Of a DNA stretch of 64,000 bases, positions 1-9,478 are shown piece by piece. This DNA is from an uncultured archaeon (GTDB taxonomy: Archaea > Thermoproteota > EX4484-205 > JAAOZP01), in NCBI GenBank assembly GCA_938045545.1, contig CALIBN010000029.1, forward strand, positions 8,077-72,076, in the 5' to 3' direction. Position 1 is the stretch's first letter. Every line of letters starts with the position of its first letter. The position numbers and the translations under genes were made by a program. The notes under the pieces were generated by a model. It was not told where the DNA came from. It made no database searches and worked only from the letters and a program-made list of their open reading frames with translations.

Positions 1-110
1 TGCAGTCAGCAAATTTCCGGCAGACTTATATAGAGGATTCTGGAAACGGCCGTTAAAACTTTTAAATAACCTTCTTGCACGATGGTTAAAGCCTAAAGCA
101 GTGTCGGGAG

Positions 111-1226
111 ATGGATGTGAAAGTATCAGTAATAATCCCATCGTTCAAAGGCTCCCCCCGGCTAGTTGAGCTCGTCACCAGGCTTGTCGAAGACAATTAC
201 CGTAATAAGGAGGTGCTGGTCGTTGTCGACGACCCTCACCCGGAGGTTGCTGAGAAACTCAGGCAAAAACCCGTGAAAACCATCTTCCGCCAAAGTAGAG
301 GGGGGAGGGTGAGCGCGCTTATAGAGGCTTTTAAAAAGTCATCGGGCGACCTTCTCATTTTTCTGGACGACGACGTGTGTATAACGGGCGAAGGATTCCT
401 GTCTAAAGCTGTGGAGTCGATGAAAGGCTTCGAAATAGGCGAATTCATGAAAACCGTTGGGGGAGAAGGGCTGCTGGCCCAGACGGTGAACTACGAGTTC
501 ATGTCTTTCAACTATGGAAGCATGCTTCTCGCGAGCAGGACTGGGAGGTGCCTCGGGTTGAACGGTGCAGCCTTCGCGATATGGAGGCAGGCTTACGAGA
601 AGATAGGGGGCTTCAGGCCTAAGATACCGGATGACTTCGACCTCGGTATTAGAAGCCACGTCGCCGGGCTGCGCTTCGGCTTCGTGAAGAACCCCAGCGT
701 GGTAAACTACGCCCCCTCAGGATGGAGAGACTGGTTTAAACAGCGTGTAAGATGGGGCATAGGCGCCGCCGTCTGGGTTAAGGAGAACTGGCGCACGCTT
801 TTAAAAATACTCAGGAAGGAACCATCGTTAATACTGGTCCTGCTATTCCTAATACTCCCGTCGCTAGCCTCCTTCACCATAACCTTCCTAATGAACACTC
901 TTCTGGAGGACAGGCTCATATGGGTGGGGCTGCTCACGGTCTCATCACTATACTCGGGCCTACTGCCTTTTGCAACACTATTCTCCTACGGGCTGTTCGT
1001 CAAGATACTGCTCCTCTTCACCAAGACGCTCATAGCGCTCATAGCCGCTTTCGCGTTTTTCTCACTCTCCTACTACAGGATCGCCAGGGAAATGGGGTTC
1101 AGGTTCAACCTGGCTAAATTCGCCTTCCTGTACTTCGTGTACTCGCCGCTCTGGTTTACAATACTTTTATCAGGCTTCATAAGGGTCTTCGTCTTCAACA
1201 AGAATTCTCTTAAGGATAGGCCGTGA
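111..1226 (+). CDS. Glycosyltransferase family 2, membrane-anchored (processive GT2-like)
   Basis: VSVIIPS start, LIFLDDD (DxD) motif, DDFDL and WFKQRVRW (QxxRW) motifs, C-terminal TM helices. Confidence 0.85.
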   Translation: MDVKVSVIIPSFKGSPRLVELVTRLVEDNYRNKEVLVVVDDPHPEVAEKLRQKPVKTIFRQSRGGRVSALIEAFKKSSGDLLIFLDDDVCITGEGFLSKAVESMKGFEIGEFMKTVGGEGLLAQTVNYEFMSFNYGSMLLASRTGRCLGLNGAAFAIWRQAYEKIGGFRPKIPDDFDLGIRSHVAGLRFGFVKNPSVVNYAPSGWRDWFKQRVRWGIGAAVWVKENWRTLLKILRKEPSLILVLLFLILPSLASFTITFLMNTLLEDRLIWVGLLTVSSLYSGLLPFATLFSYGLFVKILLLFTKTLIALIAAFAFFSLSYYRIAREMGFRFNLAKFAFLYFVYSPLWFTILLSGFIRVFVFNKNSLKDRP

Positions 1227-1270
1227 ACCCATCCATAATCCTTTTAATGGTCTTTTAAAAGACAATTCTG

Positions 1271-1903
1271 ATGGAACTGTCTCTAGAGGAAGGTAGGCTG
1301 CTCGTTAGGATTGCGAGGAAAGCCGTGGAGACGTATCTCAGGGATGAAAAAATGTTAAGCCCTCCAGCCGGCCTGAAGAATGTTTTCTACGAGCCCCGCG
1401 GAGTCTTCGTCACCCTCAACAGGCTTACTGGCCGACCAGGGTCTGAACGTAAGGAGCTCAGGGGCTGCATAGGCTTCCCGGAACCTGTTAAGCCCCTTGT
1501 TGAAGCGTTGATAGAAGCGGCTGTGGCTGCGGCTGTCGAGGATCCTCGTTTCCCCCCAGTGGCCCTTGAAGAAATGAGCAGGATCGTGATAGACGTAAGC
1601 GTCTTGACTCCTCCAAGGCTTTTAGACGTTAGAGATAGGAGGATGCTTCTGAAGGAGGTCAGGATAGGCAGGGACGGGCTTATTGTTGAACGCGGCTTCA
1701 ACAGGGGCCTACTGCTCCCCCAGGTTGCTGTCGAGGAGAACTGGGATCCTGAAACCTTTCTATCCTATACATGTGTTAAAGCAGGCCTGCCACCGGGCTG
1801 CTGGCTTGACGAGAAAACAAGGGTCTACAGGTTCGAGGCGATCGTCTTCGAGGAAGAATCTCCAAACGGTGAAGTAAGGAGAATGGTTTTTGGCACGCAC
1901 TAG
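1271..1903 (+). CDS. AMMECR1-domain protein (TIGR00296-like)
   Basis: GVFVTL, LRGCIG, DPRFPP, GLLLPQVA and CVKAGL signature motifs. Confidence 0.92.
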   Translation: MELSLEEGRLLVRIARKAVETYLRDEKMLSPPAGLKNVFYEPRGVFVTLNRLTGRPGSERKELRGCIGFPEPVKPLVEALIEAAVAAAVEDPRFPPVALEEMSRIVIDVSVLTPPRLLDVRDRRMLLKEVRIGRDGLIVERGFNRGLLLPQVAVEENWDPETFLSYTCVKAGLPPGCWLDEKTRVYRFEAIVFEEESPNGEVRRMVFGTH

Positions 1904-1935
1904 AGCGTGTGATTCCCGAATGCTTGAATTATGCT

Positions 1936-2532
1936 TTACTGCCCGCTTTCGCCGGGGGAGCCTACGACCCGCTGCTCCTTCTCAGCCATCCTGAAAAACG
2001 TCCATGAGATGGAGTTCGCCAGCTCCTTCAGCCTTATCTTATCCCTAAAGTTCCTGAGAATAATCGCTTTCAACAAACCGCCTTCCTCCAGTATGTCGTA
2101 TGAGAACATTTGGTCCGGTCTAAGCTCGTTTTTAGCAGCCCGTTCCACATCCCTCTCCCTCATGGGCTCCAGGACCTTCCTAACCAGGAAGGCTTCAAAG
2201 GGGGAGACCGCTGTGCTCAGCCTAAGCTCGGGCAGCGGAATGACTTTGGCGTAAGTCTGGTAGACCTCCATTTCCCCAACCTTAGTATTCTTATACGTGA
2301 GCTCAAGCTTTTGAACCACCGCCTCAGCCTCAGCCTTCTTCATCAACTCAGTCCCGGTTTTAAAGCTCTTGGAAGCCAAAAGATCGTCTACGACCTGCAT
2401 CAGGCTGTCCAGCTTTTCAAGCTCTTCTTCAAGCTCTGCTTTCTTCTCAGTCAAGTATTTCTTCAGGTCCGCCAGCCTCTGAGTCTCCTCCTCCCCGCTT
2501 TCAGACAAGACTGCTCCATTAACCTTGCGCAT
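1936..2532 (-). CDS. Hypothetical protein with N-terminal coiled coil
   Basis: Long ORF with a heptad E/K/L-rich N-terminus. Start is probably ATG 2532 or TTG 2508, because the upstream ATG 2586 lies inside the IS left-end hairpin. Confidence 0.7.
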   Translation of the reverse strand: MRKVNGAVLSESGEEETQRLADLKKYLTEKKAELEEELEKLDSLMQVVDDLLASKSFKTGTELMKKAEAEAVVQKLELTYKNTKVGEMEVYQTYAKVIPLPELRLSTAVSPFEAFLVRKVLEPMRERDVERAAKNELRPDQMFSYDILEEGGLLKAIILRNFRDKIRLKELANSISWTFFRMAEKEQRVVGSPGESGQ

Positions 2533-2552
2533 GGATGTAGATATGTTTTTAC

Positions 2553-2797
2553 CTATTCGGCGAGAAAGCCCGTGTCCTTCAGGCATGAGGATGAATCGCC
2601 CTTTCTCCGCTGAAAGCCTTCCCCCATGTTCATCCGAGTACGATCGGAGTAATAATAACTACCCATTTATCTAATATGGTTGGGAGCTGCGGAGGAGCGC
2701 GAAACGAGGAGTTTTAGAAGAAGCATCGCAACCGGCGGAATGAGCCCTCAGGGCGACGAACAGGGAATCCCGCTGGCTTCAGCCATGGGAGTGTCAA
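2553..2797 (+). mobile_element. Non-autonomous IS200/IS605-family element (PATE/MITE-like), both ends present
   Basis: TTAC at 2549-2552, then AAAG plus hairpin GCCCGTGTCC-TTCA-GGCATGAGG (left end). GAAT plus hairpin CCCGCTGGC-TTCA-GCCATGGG and terminal TCAA at 2794-2797 (right end). Interior resembles 39880-39990 and 63810-63900 (reverse complement). Confidence 0.8.
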
Positions 2798-2894
2798 ACC
2801 ATGGGGTCTGTTTAAACGTTCTCGCTAAAAAGTTAAAACCTCCTTCTAAGCGTTTTAAAAACGTTGAAAGGGTTGGGAATGGGGTGGTGGAGAA

Positions 2895-3260
2895 GTGTCT
2901 GAAAGGAAGCTTCCAATGGGTGAAAGCCTTGTTTACGAGGGGCCTGCAAGGTTCATCGGCGGTTCAACCTTCCTAGAGGCCCCTTTAAAAGGCATGCTCG
3001 TGTTAACGACGCACAGAATACTCTTCGAGGAGTACGTGGGCAGGAGGAACAGGAGAACAGTCATCAGGCTTGAAATACCCCTCAACGTTCTCGAGCAGGT
3101 TAAGCTGACCAGCGGCGGCTTGCTTAGAAAACCAGTCGTCACACTGGTCTACCACTCCGACAAGAACCTGCTTGAACAGCCAAGTTTCAGCGTGAAAGAG
3201 GCCAATTCGTGGCGTGCATCTTTCTCCCGGGTTAACATCGGAGGCTTCAGAATAGTTTAG
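2895..3260 (+). CDS. Small PH/GRAM-like beta-domain protein
   Basis: GMLVLTTHRILF and LEIPLNVLEQV pattern typical of PH-like domains; GTG start after GGTGG. Confidence 0.6.
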   Translation: MSERKLPMGESLVYEGPARFIGGSTFLEAPLKGMLVLTTHRILFEEYVGRRNRRTVIRLEIPLNVLEQVKLTSGGLLRKPVVTLVYHSDKNLLEQPSFSVKEANSWRASFSRVNIGGFRIV

Positions 3261-3450
3261 CGAATTCGTTGGAGCACGAATCTAGACTCGTTGAAGCAGG
3301 CATATTCTTCAGGAGCTTACGTGATTTATAAAGAGCAATAGCATCCTGTTTCGCTCTAGACATCTTACACCTGAAGATTGTGAAATATCCCTGATCATCG
3401 TACGGCTTTTTGAAAAAGCTTAAAACGAATCATATGAGAAAACAGTTTCG

Positions 3451-4695
3451 ATGCAGCTGAACGGGCTTGCCAAGAAGGTTTGCGAAAGAGCAATGGCTGA
3501 AAACGGGAATATAGTATGTTTTTCTTCAGCCCCAGCCCGATGCGATTTTCTTAATACGCATCAGGATTATAAGATGCTTCCGGTTGTTCCAGCGGCCATC
3601 AGGAGAAGAACTTTCGTGGTTTGTTCGAGGCTGAGTGAGCGGGCTATTGTGAGGGTTAAGTCTCTAACCTTTGAAAGGGAAGGTGTTGAGAGCGAGGATG
3701 TTTTCCAATCCGGCGGGGCTGAGCTTTTGAAGGGAAAATGGTTCGGGAATTATTTCCGCTCTATTCACAAGCTTGTTTCACAGAAGTATGGGATGGTTGA
3801 GGCTGGATTAGCAATCTATGTTGACAGTGAGGTGCCTGTTGCCTCAGGTTTAGCGAGCAGCGCTGCGCTTCACGTTTCCCTGGCGGCAATGTACTCGGAG
3901 CTGTTGAGTCTAGGTTTAAGCAGGATGGAGATTGCGGAGCTCGCGTACGAGGCTGAGCACAACGTCATGGGTATTCCCTGCGGGAGGCTTGACCAGTATG
4001 CTGCCTCATACGGGGGCATAGTGAAGCTTGACTTTAAGCCTCGTGTAAGCGTGGAGGAGTTTGAAGGCGAAGGGATCTTCTTCACCGTGGCTGACTCGGG
4101 CGTTAGGCATAGTACTGCTGAAATACATCCCGTCAGGCAGTCTGAGCTTAACGCTGCGTTAAAAATGCTCAGGGAGGCTTCGCACGGCCAGCTTTCGAGA
4201 ATTCTTGAGGGAGACTTTGCCAGTGTCGAGTGGAGAATGATTAGGGAGGAGCATTTGAAAGACCTGCTGAGCGTGATCCCGCCGAGGCTTGCCTCAAGAG
4301 TCTTGTTCACTCTAAGGATGCAGGCCTCCACCGAGGTTGCGCTTCAAATCCTTAAGCACAGGATGGTTAGGAGGCAAGACTTGGAGAAGCTGGGTTTGAA
4401 GCCTATTGAAAACTGGCTTCACGCTTTAGGCGAGCTGGTAAACCTGCAACACACTTTACTCAGGGATCTTTACGAGGTTAGCCATGAGAAGCTTGAAGCC
4501 ATGCGTGACTCTGCTTTAGAAGCAGGTGCCCTCGGCGTTAAAATATCGGGTGCAGGCATGGGGGGCTCGCTGTTGGCCCTCATAAGGAGTATGGATGACG
4601 CTCCCAAGGTTGAGGAGGCTTTCCGGAGAGCTGGGGCACGGAGCGTTTTCACGACGGGCGTGGGCCCAGGGGTTTCAGCGATGCTTCTGCGGTGA
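3451..4695 (+). CDS. GHMP kinase, galactokinase-like
   Basis: PVASGLASSAA ATP loop, CGRLDQ, KISGAGMGGS; variant sugar motif FLNTHQDY; adjacent to a GalE-like gene. Confidence 0.85.
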   Translation: MQLNGLAKKVCERAMAENGNIVCFSSAPARCDFLNTHQDYKMLPVVPAAIRRRTFVVCSRLSERAIVRVKSLTFEREGVESEDVFQSGGAELLKGKWFGNYFRSIHKLVSQKYGMVEAGLAIYVDSEVPVASGLASSAALHVSLAAMYSELLSLGLSRMEIAELAYEAEHNVMGIPCGRLDQYAASYGGIVKLDFKPRVSVEEFEGEGIFFTVADSGVRHSTAEIHPVRQSELNAALKMLREASHGQLSRILEGDFASVEWRMIREEHLKDLLSVIPPRLASRVLFTLRMQASTEVALQILKHRMVRRQDLEKLGLKPIENWLHALGELVNLQHTLLRDLYEVSHEKLEAMRDSALEAGALGVKISGAGMGGSLLALIRSMDDAPKVEEAFRRAGARSVFTTGVGPGVSAMLLR

Positions 4696-4702
4696 AAACC
4701 AT

Positions 4703-5659
4703 ATGTCTACAGCCTTGGTGACTGGTGGCGCAGGATTCATCGGCAGCCACATTGTTGATAGGCTTCTTGAAGAAGGCTGGAGAGTAATTGTTATCGACAA
4801 TTTTTCAACAGGCAGGTTTGAGAACGTTGAACAAGCCTTTAAAACAGGCAGGTTGAGAATCATAATCGGGGACGCTAAGACTATCGACCTTCTAGGCGAG
4901 GAGAGCAGCGTGGAGCATGTTTTCCACTTCGCCGCGAACCCGGATGTGAGGGAAACCTCTCCCTCAATACATTTCCAGGAGAACATCGTGGCGACTTTCA
5001 ACATGCTTGAATACGCTAGGAGGGCGGGCGTGAAGATGTTTGTCTTCGCATCCTCCTCCACCGTGTACGGTGACGCTTCCAAGATCCCTACGCCGGAGGA
5101 CTATGGTCCCCTGAAACCCATCTCCCTTTATGGGGCTGCTAAGCTCGCTGCAGAAGGCCTGGTTTCATCCTACTGCCACACGTTCGGGATGAAAGGCGTA
5201 TCTCTGAGGCTTGCTAACGTTGTCGGCCCAAGGCTTACACACGGGGTGGTGCACGACTTCATCAATAAGCTCCTGAACAACCCTGGGAGGCTTGAAATCC
5301 TTGGAGACGGTTCTCAGAGTAAGTCCTACATTTGGGTGGGCGACTGTGTTGAAGCTGTTCTCCATGTTTTAAAGCATGCTGGGGCTTCTCGTTACGAGGT
5401 TTACAACATTGGCTCGGAAGACTGGGTCACCGTCTCCGAGATTGCCGACATGGTTGTGGAGTCAATGGGGCTCAGAAGCGTTGAGAAGGTTTTCACAGGG
5501 GGTGTTGAAAACGGCAGGGGCTGGATTGGGGATGTTAAACTCATGAGCCTAGATATAAGTAGGATTAAAGCAACCGGCTGGAGGCCGAGGCACACGAGCA
5601 GGGAGGCTGTTAAACTGTGCATCGAGACGAGGCTTAGGGAGCTTGGGCTGAAGCCCTAA
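4703..5659 (+). CDS. galE: NAD-dependent epimerase/dehydratase (UDP-glucose 4-epimerase-like)
   Basis: TGGAGFIGSH, ASSSTVYG, YGAAK (YxxxK); real start ATG 4703. Confidence 0.8.
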   Translation: MSTALVTGGAGFIGSHIVDRLLEEGWRVIVIDNFSTGRFENVEQAFKTGRLRIIIGDAKTIDLLGEESSVEHVFHFAANPDVRETSPSIHFQENIVATFNMLEYARRAGVKMFVFASSSTVYGDASKIPTPEDYGPLKPISLYGAAKLAAEGLVSSYCHTFGMKGVSLRLANVVGPRLTHGVVHDFINKLLNNPGRLEILGDGSQSKSYIWVGDCVEAVLHVLKHAGASRYEVYNIGSEDWVTVSEIADMVVESMGLRSVEKVFTGGVENGRGWIGDVKLMSLDISRIKATGWRPRHTSREAVKLCIETRLRELGLKP

Positions 5660-5909
5660 CCACGAACACGCTGTCCCCCTCCTTAACCCTTTCAACGGTC
5701 TTCAGGCCTATTGAGCTGCCCGGTGGAGCAACCTCAACCCTCTTATGCTCTATCTCCATGGATTCAACCCTCTGCCTAATGTTAGTCGTCCTACCCTGAA
5801 TAATTATCTCATCGCCGGTCTTAAGCTCCCCAACGAGGTCAACTATGGCAACGCTGATCCTCGGGAAGAAGTGCCTCACGTTCCCCACGTAAACCTTCTC
5901 CTCGCTCAA
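5634..5909 (-). CDS. Translation elongation factor-like beta-barrel protein (U32 C-terminal-like)
   Basis: VGNVRHFFPRISVA...QRVESMEIEH...GSSIGLK pattern of small archaeal EF-Tu domain II-like proteins. Confidence 0.7.
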   Translation of the reverse strand: MSEEKVYVGNVRHFFPRISVAIVDLVGELKTGDEIIIQGRTTNIRQRVESMEIEHKRVEVAPPGSSIGLKTVERVKEGDSVFVVRASAQAP

Positions 5910-5988
5910 CCCGTTTCTAACACTCGTCTAAAATATATAGCTTTTACGCGGAACACTAATAAGCCTCCAACGGCTTTCAAACCTGTTC

Positions 5989-6501
5989 ATGGAGGACATG
6001 GGCTTGCAGGAGCTGATTAAACAGGCCTTGATAAAATGGCTGGCTGAGGCTGAAAAGCTCATTGTACTCGGGGTTGGAAACGAGCTTAGGGGTGATGACG
6101 CTGCCGGGCTACTAGTAGCCGGCGCCCTTAAGCTTTTCAACAGCGAAAGGTTTGAGGCGGTTGAATGCGGGGTTTCGGTTGAAGACTGCATCGACTACGC
6201 CTTTGGGAAAAAGCCTTCCCACCTGCTGATTGTCGATGCTTTCCGAGACAGGGAGATTATGGTGCTTCTTGACCCTTCTGAATTGGAGTCGCAGACACCG
6301 GTTTCGACCCACGCGATTCCACTCCCCCTGCTTCTAGAGGCTTTGGGGAAACCCGTGGAAACAAGCGTAAAAATACTTGGAATAGGCATGGAGAACTTTG
6401 AGCTCGGGTCAACGATTTCTGAAAGATGTCTTAAGATTGTTAATGAAGCGGCTGAGGCTATTCGTGAGGCTGCAGCGTTTTCAGGTCTTTTAAGAGAGTA
6501 A
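5989..6501 (+). CDS. Hydrogenase maturation endopeptidase (HycI-like)
   Basis: LGVGNELRGDDAAG, LIVDA and STHAIPL motifs; adjacent to hydrogenase genes. Confidence 0.88.
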   Translation: MEDMGLQELIKQALIKWLAEAEKLIVLGVGNELRGDDAAGLLVAGALKLFNSERFEAVECGVSVEDCIDYAFGKKPSHLLIVDAFRDREIMVLLDPSELESQTPVSTHAIPLPLLLEALGKPVETSVKILGIGMENFELGSTISERCLKIVNEAAEAIREAAAFSGLLRE

Positions 6502-6584
6502 TAAGTTTAAGAAAAAGGGGAAAATCCTACGTTAAGAGAACGGTGCGCTTAATATAGGATGCGTTTGACCTTCAGCAGAAGAAG

Positions 6585-7871
6585 TCAGCTCCTGGCAAGC
6601 TTGACAGTAAACGAGTGGACCGAGCATGATATGCAGGGGTCGTACGCCCTCACAAGCATGCCGAGCAGTCTTCTAAGAGCCTCATCGTCCAAGTGAGCTA
6701 CCGATGGAACCAGTTCGAAAACATCTCTCTCTATTCTCCAAGAATTATGGGCTGTCGGAGTAACAATGTCCGCGTTCAAAACGTTGCCCTCCCTGTCAAT
6801 AGCGTACGAGTGGTACAATAGTCCTCTAGGCGCCTCCGTCAATGCTGCTCCAATACTCTGTCGGAACCTTAGTTTCCTCGGAGGCGGGATTCTTACACCA
6901 TCTTTCAATATATTCCTCATCTCTTCTATTGCCTGCACTATCTCCACAGCCCTGACGATCGTTGATTTAAACGGGTTCTTCACAGGCGGCTTGAGACCGG
7001 ATTTCTCAGCAGCCTCCTTAGCCCTGTTGCAAAGCAGCTCGTAGTTGAGGTTGAACCTTGAAACCGGGCCTACTTCGAAGGAGCCGTTGTTCTTCAGCAT
7101 CGACCTCTTGGTGTTTGAATGAGGAACCTGCTCCTCAGAAACGTATCTCCTGTAATCCCTGCTTTCAAAATATTCTCCTGAACTGGTCTTGGCAAAGCCC
7201 TCCGTTATCGCATATTCATTTCTGCTTGAGAGCGCAACGTTAACATGTTCGGGCTCAAACTCAGGGTAGTTAAAGCCTGAAACCAGCTTAACGGTTTCGA
7301 AAGCGTCTTCGAAAGCGGCTTCAAGGGCCTTAACAACTTCATCCAGTCTGTCAGCAGGCGGGGGCCTTGTGAAGCCTCCGGCCACGAGCGTAACAGGGTG
7401 CACAGCCCTCCCGCCTACGTATTCGGAAACCATGTTCGCAATCCTCTTAAGCCTAAAGCCTCTACGGACAACATCCGCCAGATCCTTTGAGGCCGCTATC
7501 GCGCTCGGGTAGCCAAGGAAATCAGGGGATGCGAGGAAGTATATGTGGAGCGCGTGGCTCTGCATTATTCCGGAGAGTGCAAGCACCTTTCTTAACGCTA
7601 CAGTCCTCTCATCCAGAGAGACTTCGAAAGCGTTTTCCACAGCCTTGGCTGCGGTTATGGCGTGGGCTATCGGGCATATGCCGCATATCCTGGATGATAA
7701 TTCAGGAAGCTCGGAAGCCTTCCTGCCCCTTAAGAATGCTTCGAAGAACCTGGGTGCTTCAAATATCTTCAGCTTCGCATCCGAAACCCTCCCGTTAGAG
7801 ATGGCGACTTCTAGAGAACCCTCGCCTTCAACCCTGCTTATGTAATCGTAGACTATGGTTCTGTCAACCAT
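6585..7871 (-). CDS. hydA: [NiFe]-hydrogenase group 3b (sulfhydrogenase) large alpha subunit
   Basis: SRVEGEG, L1 RICGICPIAH, EAPRG, L2 DPCISCSVH; last gene of a beta-gamma-delta-alpha operon. Confidence 0.92.
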   Translation of the reverse strand: MVDRTIVYDYISRVEGEGSLEVAISNGRVSDAKLKIFEAPRFFEAFLRGRKASELPELSSRICGICPIAHAITAAKAVENAFEVSLDERTVALRKVLALSGIMQSHALHIYFLASPDFLGYPSAIAASKDLADVVRRGFRLKRIANMVSEYVGGRAVHPVTLVAGGFTRPPPADRLDEVVKALEAAFEDAFETVKLVSGFNYPEFEPEHVNVALSSRNEYAITEGFAKTSSGEYFESRDYRRYVSEEQVPHSNTKRSMLKNNGSFEVGPVSRFNLNYELLCNRAKEAAEKSGLKPPVKNPFKSTIVRAVEIVQAIEEMRNILKDGVRIPPPRKLRFRQSIGAALTEAPRGLLYHSYAIDREGNVLNADIVTPTAHNSWRIERDVFELVPSVAHLDDEALRRLLGMLVRAYDPCISCSVHSFTVKLARS

Positions 7872-7877
7872 GCTTAA

Positions 7878-8627
7878 TCACCTCCCCAAAGCCTGGAGGA
7901 AATTATACTTCCTGAGCTTCAGCCGTATGAGTTCAGGGCTTACCCCGGCGTTCTCCCATGCTGAAACAAGCCCGCTAACGTTAGTCCCATTCAAAACACC
8001 CCGGCAGCCCTCGCATGCCACGTTGTTCGACGGGCAGAGTGCGCCGCAACCCCCCACCGTGACGGGACCAAGGCACGGCTCCTTTCTCGTGAGGAAAACA
8101 CACTCATTACCCTTCATCTTGCACTCCATGCATACGGTTAAGCCTGGTATGTATGGCGGGACGCGCAGCACCAGCGACATAAGCGTGTTGACAAGTTCAT
8201 TCCTGTCTATCGGGCATCCGTATAGGTATGCGTCAACCCTGACGTACTCGTTCAAACCGAATGCTTTCCCAGACCTGATGTGTTCAGGCGAAGAATAAAC
8301 CATGCTTTCAACCTCCCCCTCGGGAATAATGTTCTTCATCGCGTTGATCCCGCCGGTTGCCGCACAGGCTCCGGCTGCAACCAGGAACCTCGACATCCTC
8401 CTGATTTTCTTCAACATCGCCGCCTCCTCCTCATTTGTAACGGCGCCCTCAACCAAGGCGGCATCCAGAGGCTCATCCGGAAGATCATCGTCGCTAACCA
8501 TTCTGAAATACTTCAGCTCAACATGCTTAAGAACTTCAAGCAGGCTTTCCTCCAGGTGGACTAGAACCATCTGGCACCCTGAGCAGGACGTGAACTTGAA
8601 GACGCCGACCTTAAGCTTATCCGCCAT
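7878..8627 (-). CDS. hydD: Group 3b hydrogenase small delta subunit
   Basis: SCSGCQ, VEGAV, GACA, GCP, C-terminal CMEC...CLGPVT.GGCGALCP...CEGCRG. Confidence 0.9.
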   Translation of the reverse strand: MADKLKVGVFKFTSCSGCQMVLVHLEESLLEVLKHVELKYFRMVSDDDLPDEPLDAALVEGAVTNEEEAAMLKKIRRMSRFLVAAGACAATGGINAMKNIIPEGEVESMVYSSPEHIRSGKAFGLNEYVRVDAYLYGCPIDRNELVNTLMSLVLRVPPYIPGLTVCMECKMKGNECVFLTRKEPCLGPVTVGGCGALCPSNNVACEGCRGVLNGTNVSGLVSAWENAGVSPELIRLKLRKYNFLQALGR

Positions 8628-8638
8628 CCTCAACCACC

Positions 8639-9478
8639 TCACTCGATCACGTCAGGGAGGAGCCCAATCTCCTCCATGTTGAAGACAGGACCATCCTTGC
8701 AGACATACTTGTACCCTATCTGACAGTGTCCACACTTCCCCACTCCACACTTCATCCTCCTCTCCAGCGAAAGATAGACTTCAGACGGGTAGAAGCCTAT
8801 TCTAAGCAGCATTTGAGAGGCAAACTTCATCATGACCTCTGGGCCACATATGAAGACGGTGGTGTAGCGCATCCTGGGCTTCACATACCTTAATAGTTCA
8901 GTTACAACACCCACGTCATGCTCCCAGCTGACGTCCGGCGGAACATAATCCACAGTCAGGTAGAGGCGTGTGTTAGGGATATTCCGCCACGAGTCAAACT
9001 CGTAAGTATATATCATGTCCCCAGGGGTTCTCGCCCCGTAGAGTATGTCGACTGAACCGTAAAGGTCCCTGTGCCTAGCGACATAGTGTATGACTGGCCT
9101 CAGCGGGGCTAGGCCCATCCCCCCAGCTATGAGAATAAGGTCGTTTCCAGCGGCTTTCTCAAGCGGCCAAGGCTTGCCGTAAGGCCCCCTGACGCCGAGG
9201 ACATCCCCAGGCTTAGTGTTGAAGAGCGCTGTGGTGACTCTTCCAACCCTTCTAACAGTGTTTTCAAACACGTCCTTCTCCTCGGGACTTGAACATATCG
9301 AGAAGGCTGATTCTCCGACTCCAAAGCAGGACACTATGTCGAACTGGCCTGGCCTGAATCTCATCGCCCCACCGTTAACCATTCTCAGCGTGAAAGTTTT
9401 AGTCGTAGAGTTCTCGTTCCTGACGCTGACGACCTTTGCAAAGACAGGTATGTAAGGGTTTTCAAGCATGTTGCTCAA
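8639..9478 (-). CDS. hydG: Group 3b hydrogenase gamma subunit (FAD/NAD(P)-binding, 2Fe-2S)
   Basis: PGQF, RGPYG, AGGMGLAP, CGPEVMM, ERRMKCGVGKCGHC, CKDGPVF. Confidence 0.9.
   Translation of the reverse strand: MSNMLENPYIPVFAKVVSVRNENSTTKTFTLRMVNGGAMRFRPGQFDIVSCFGVGESAFSICSSPEEKDVFENTVRRVGRVTTALFNTKPGDVLGVRGPYGKPWPLEKAAGNDLILIAGGMGLAPLRPVIHYVARHRDLYGSVDILYGARTPGDMIYTYEFDSWRNIPNTRLYLTVDYVPPDVSWEHDVGVVTELLRYVKPRMRYTTVFICGPEVMMKFASQMLLRIGFYPSEVYLSLERRMKCGVGKCGHCQIGYKYVCKDGPVFNMEEIGLLPDVIE

Noticed and set aside
2730-2765. Hammerhead-ribozyme-like ATGAG-stem-CGAA motif in the omega-RNA block
   Set aside because: Lacks the required CUGANGA and GAAA core
2680-2976. 98-aa ORF beginning inside the MITE
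   Set aside because: It runs through the right-end hairpin and overlaps the PH-like gene; the frame is not conserved past ~17 codons in the other copies
4595-4702. N-terminal extension of the epimerase ORF
   Set aside because: Overlaps the kinase gene; the Rossmann motif starts right after ATG 4703
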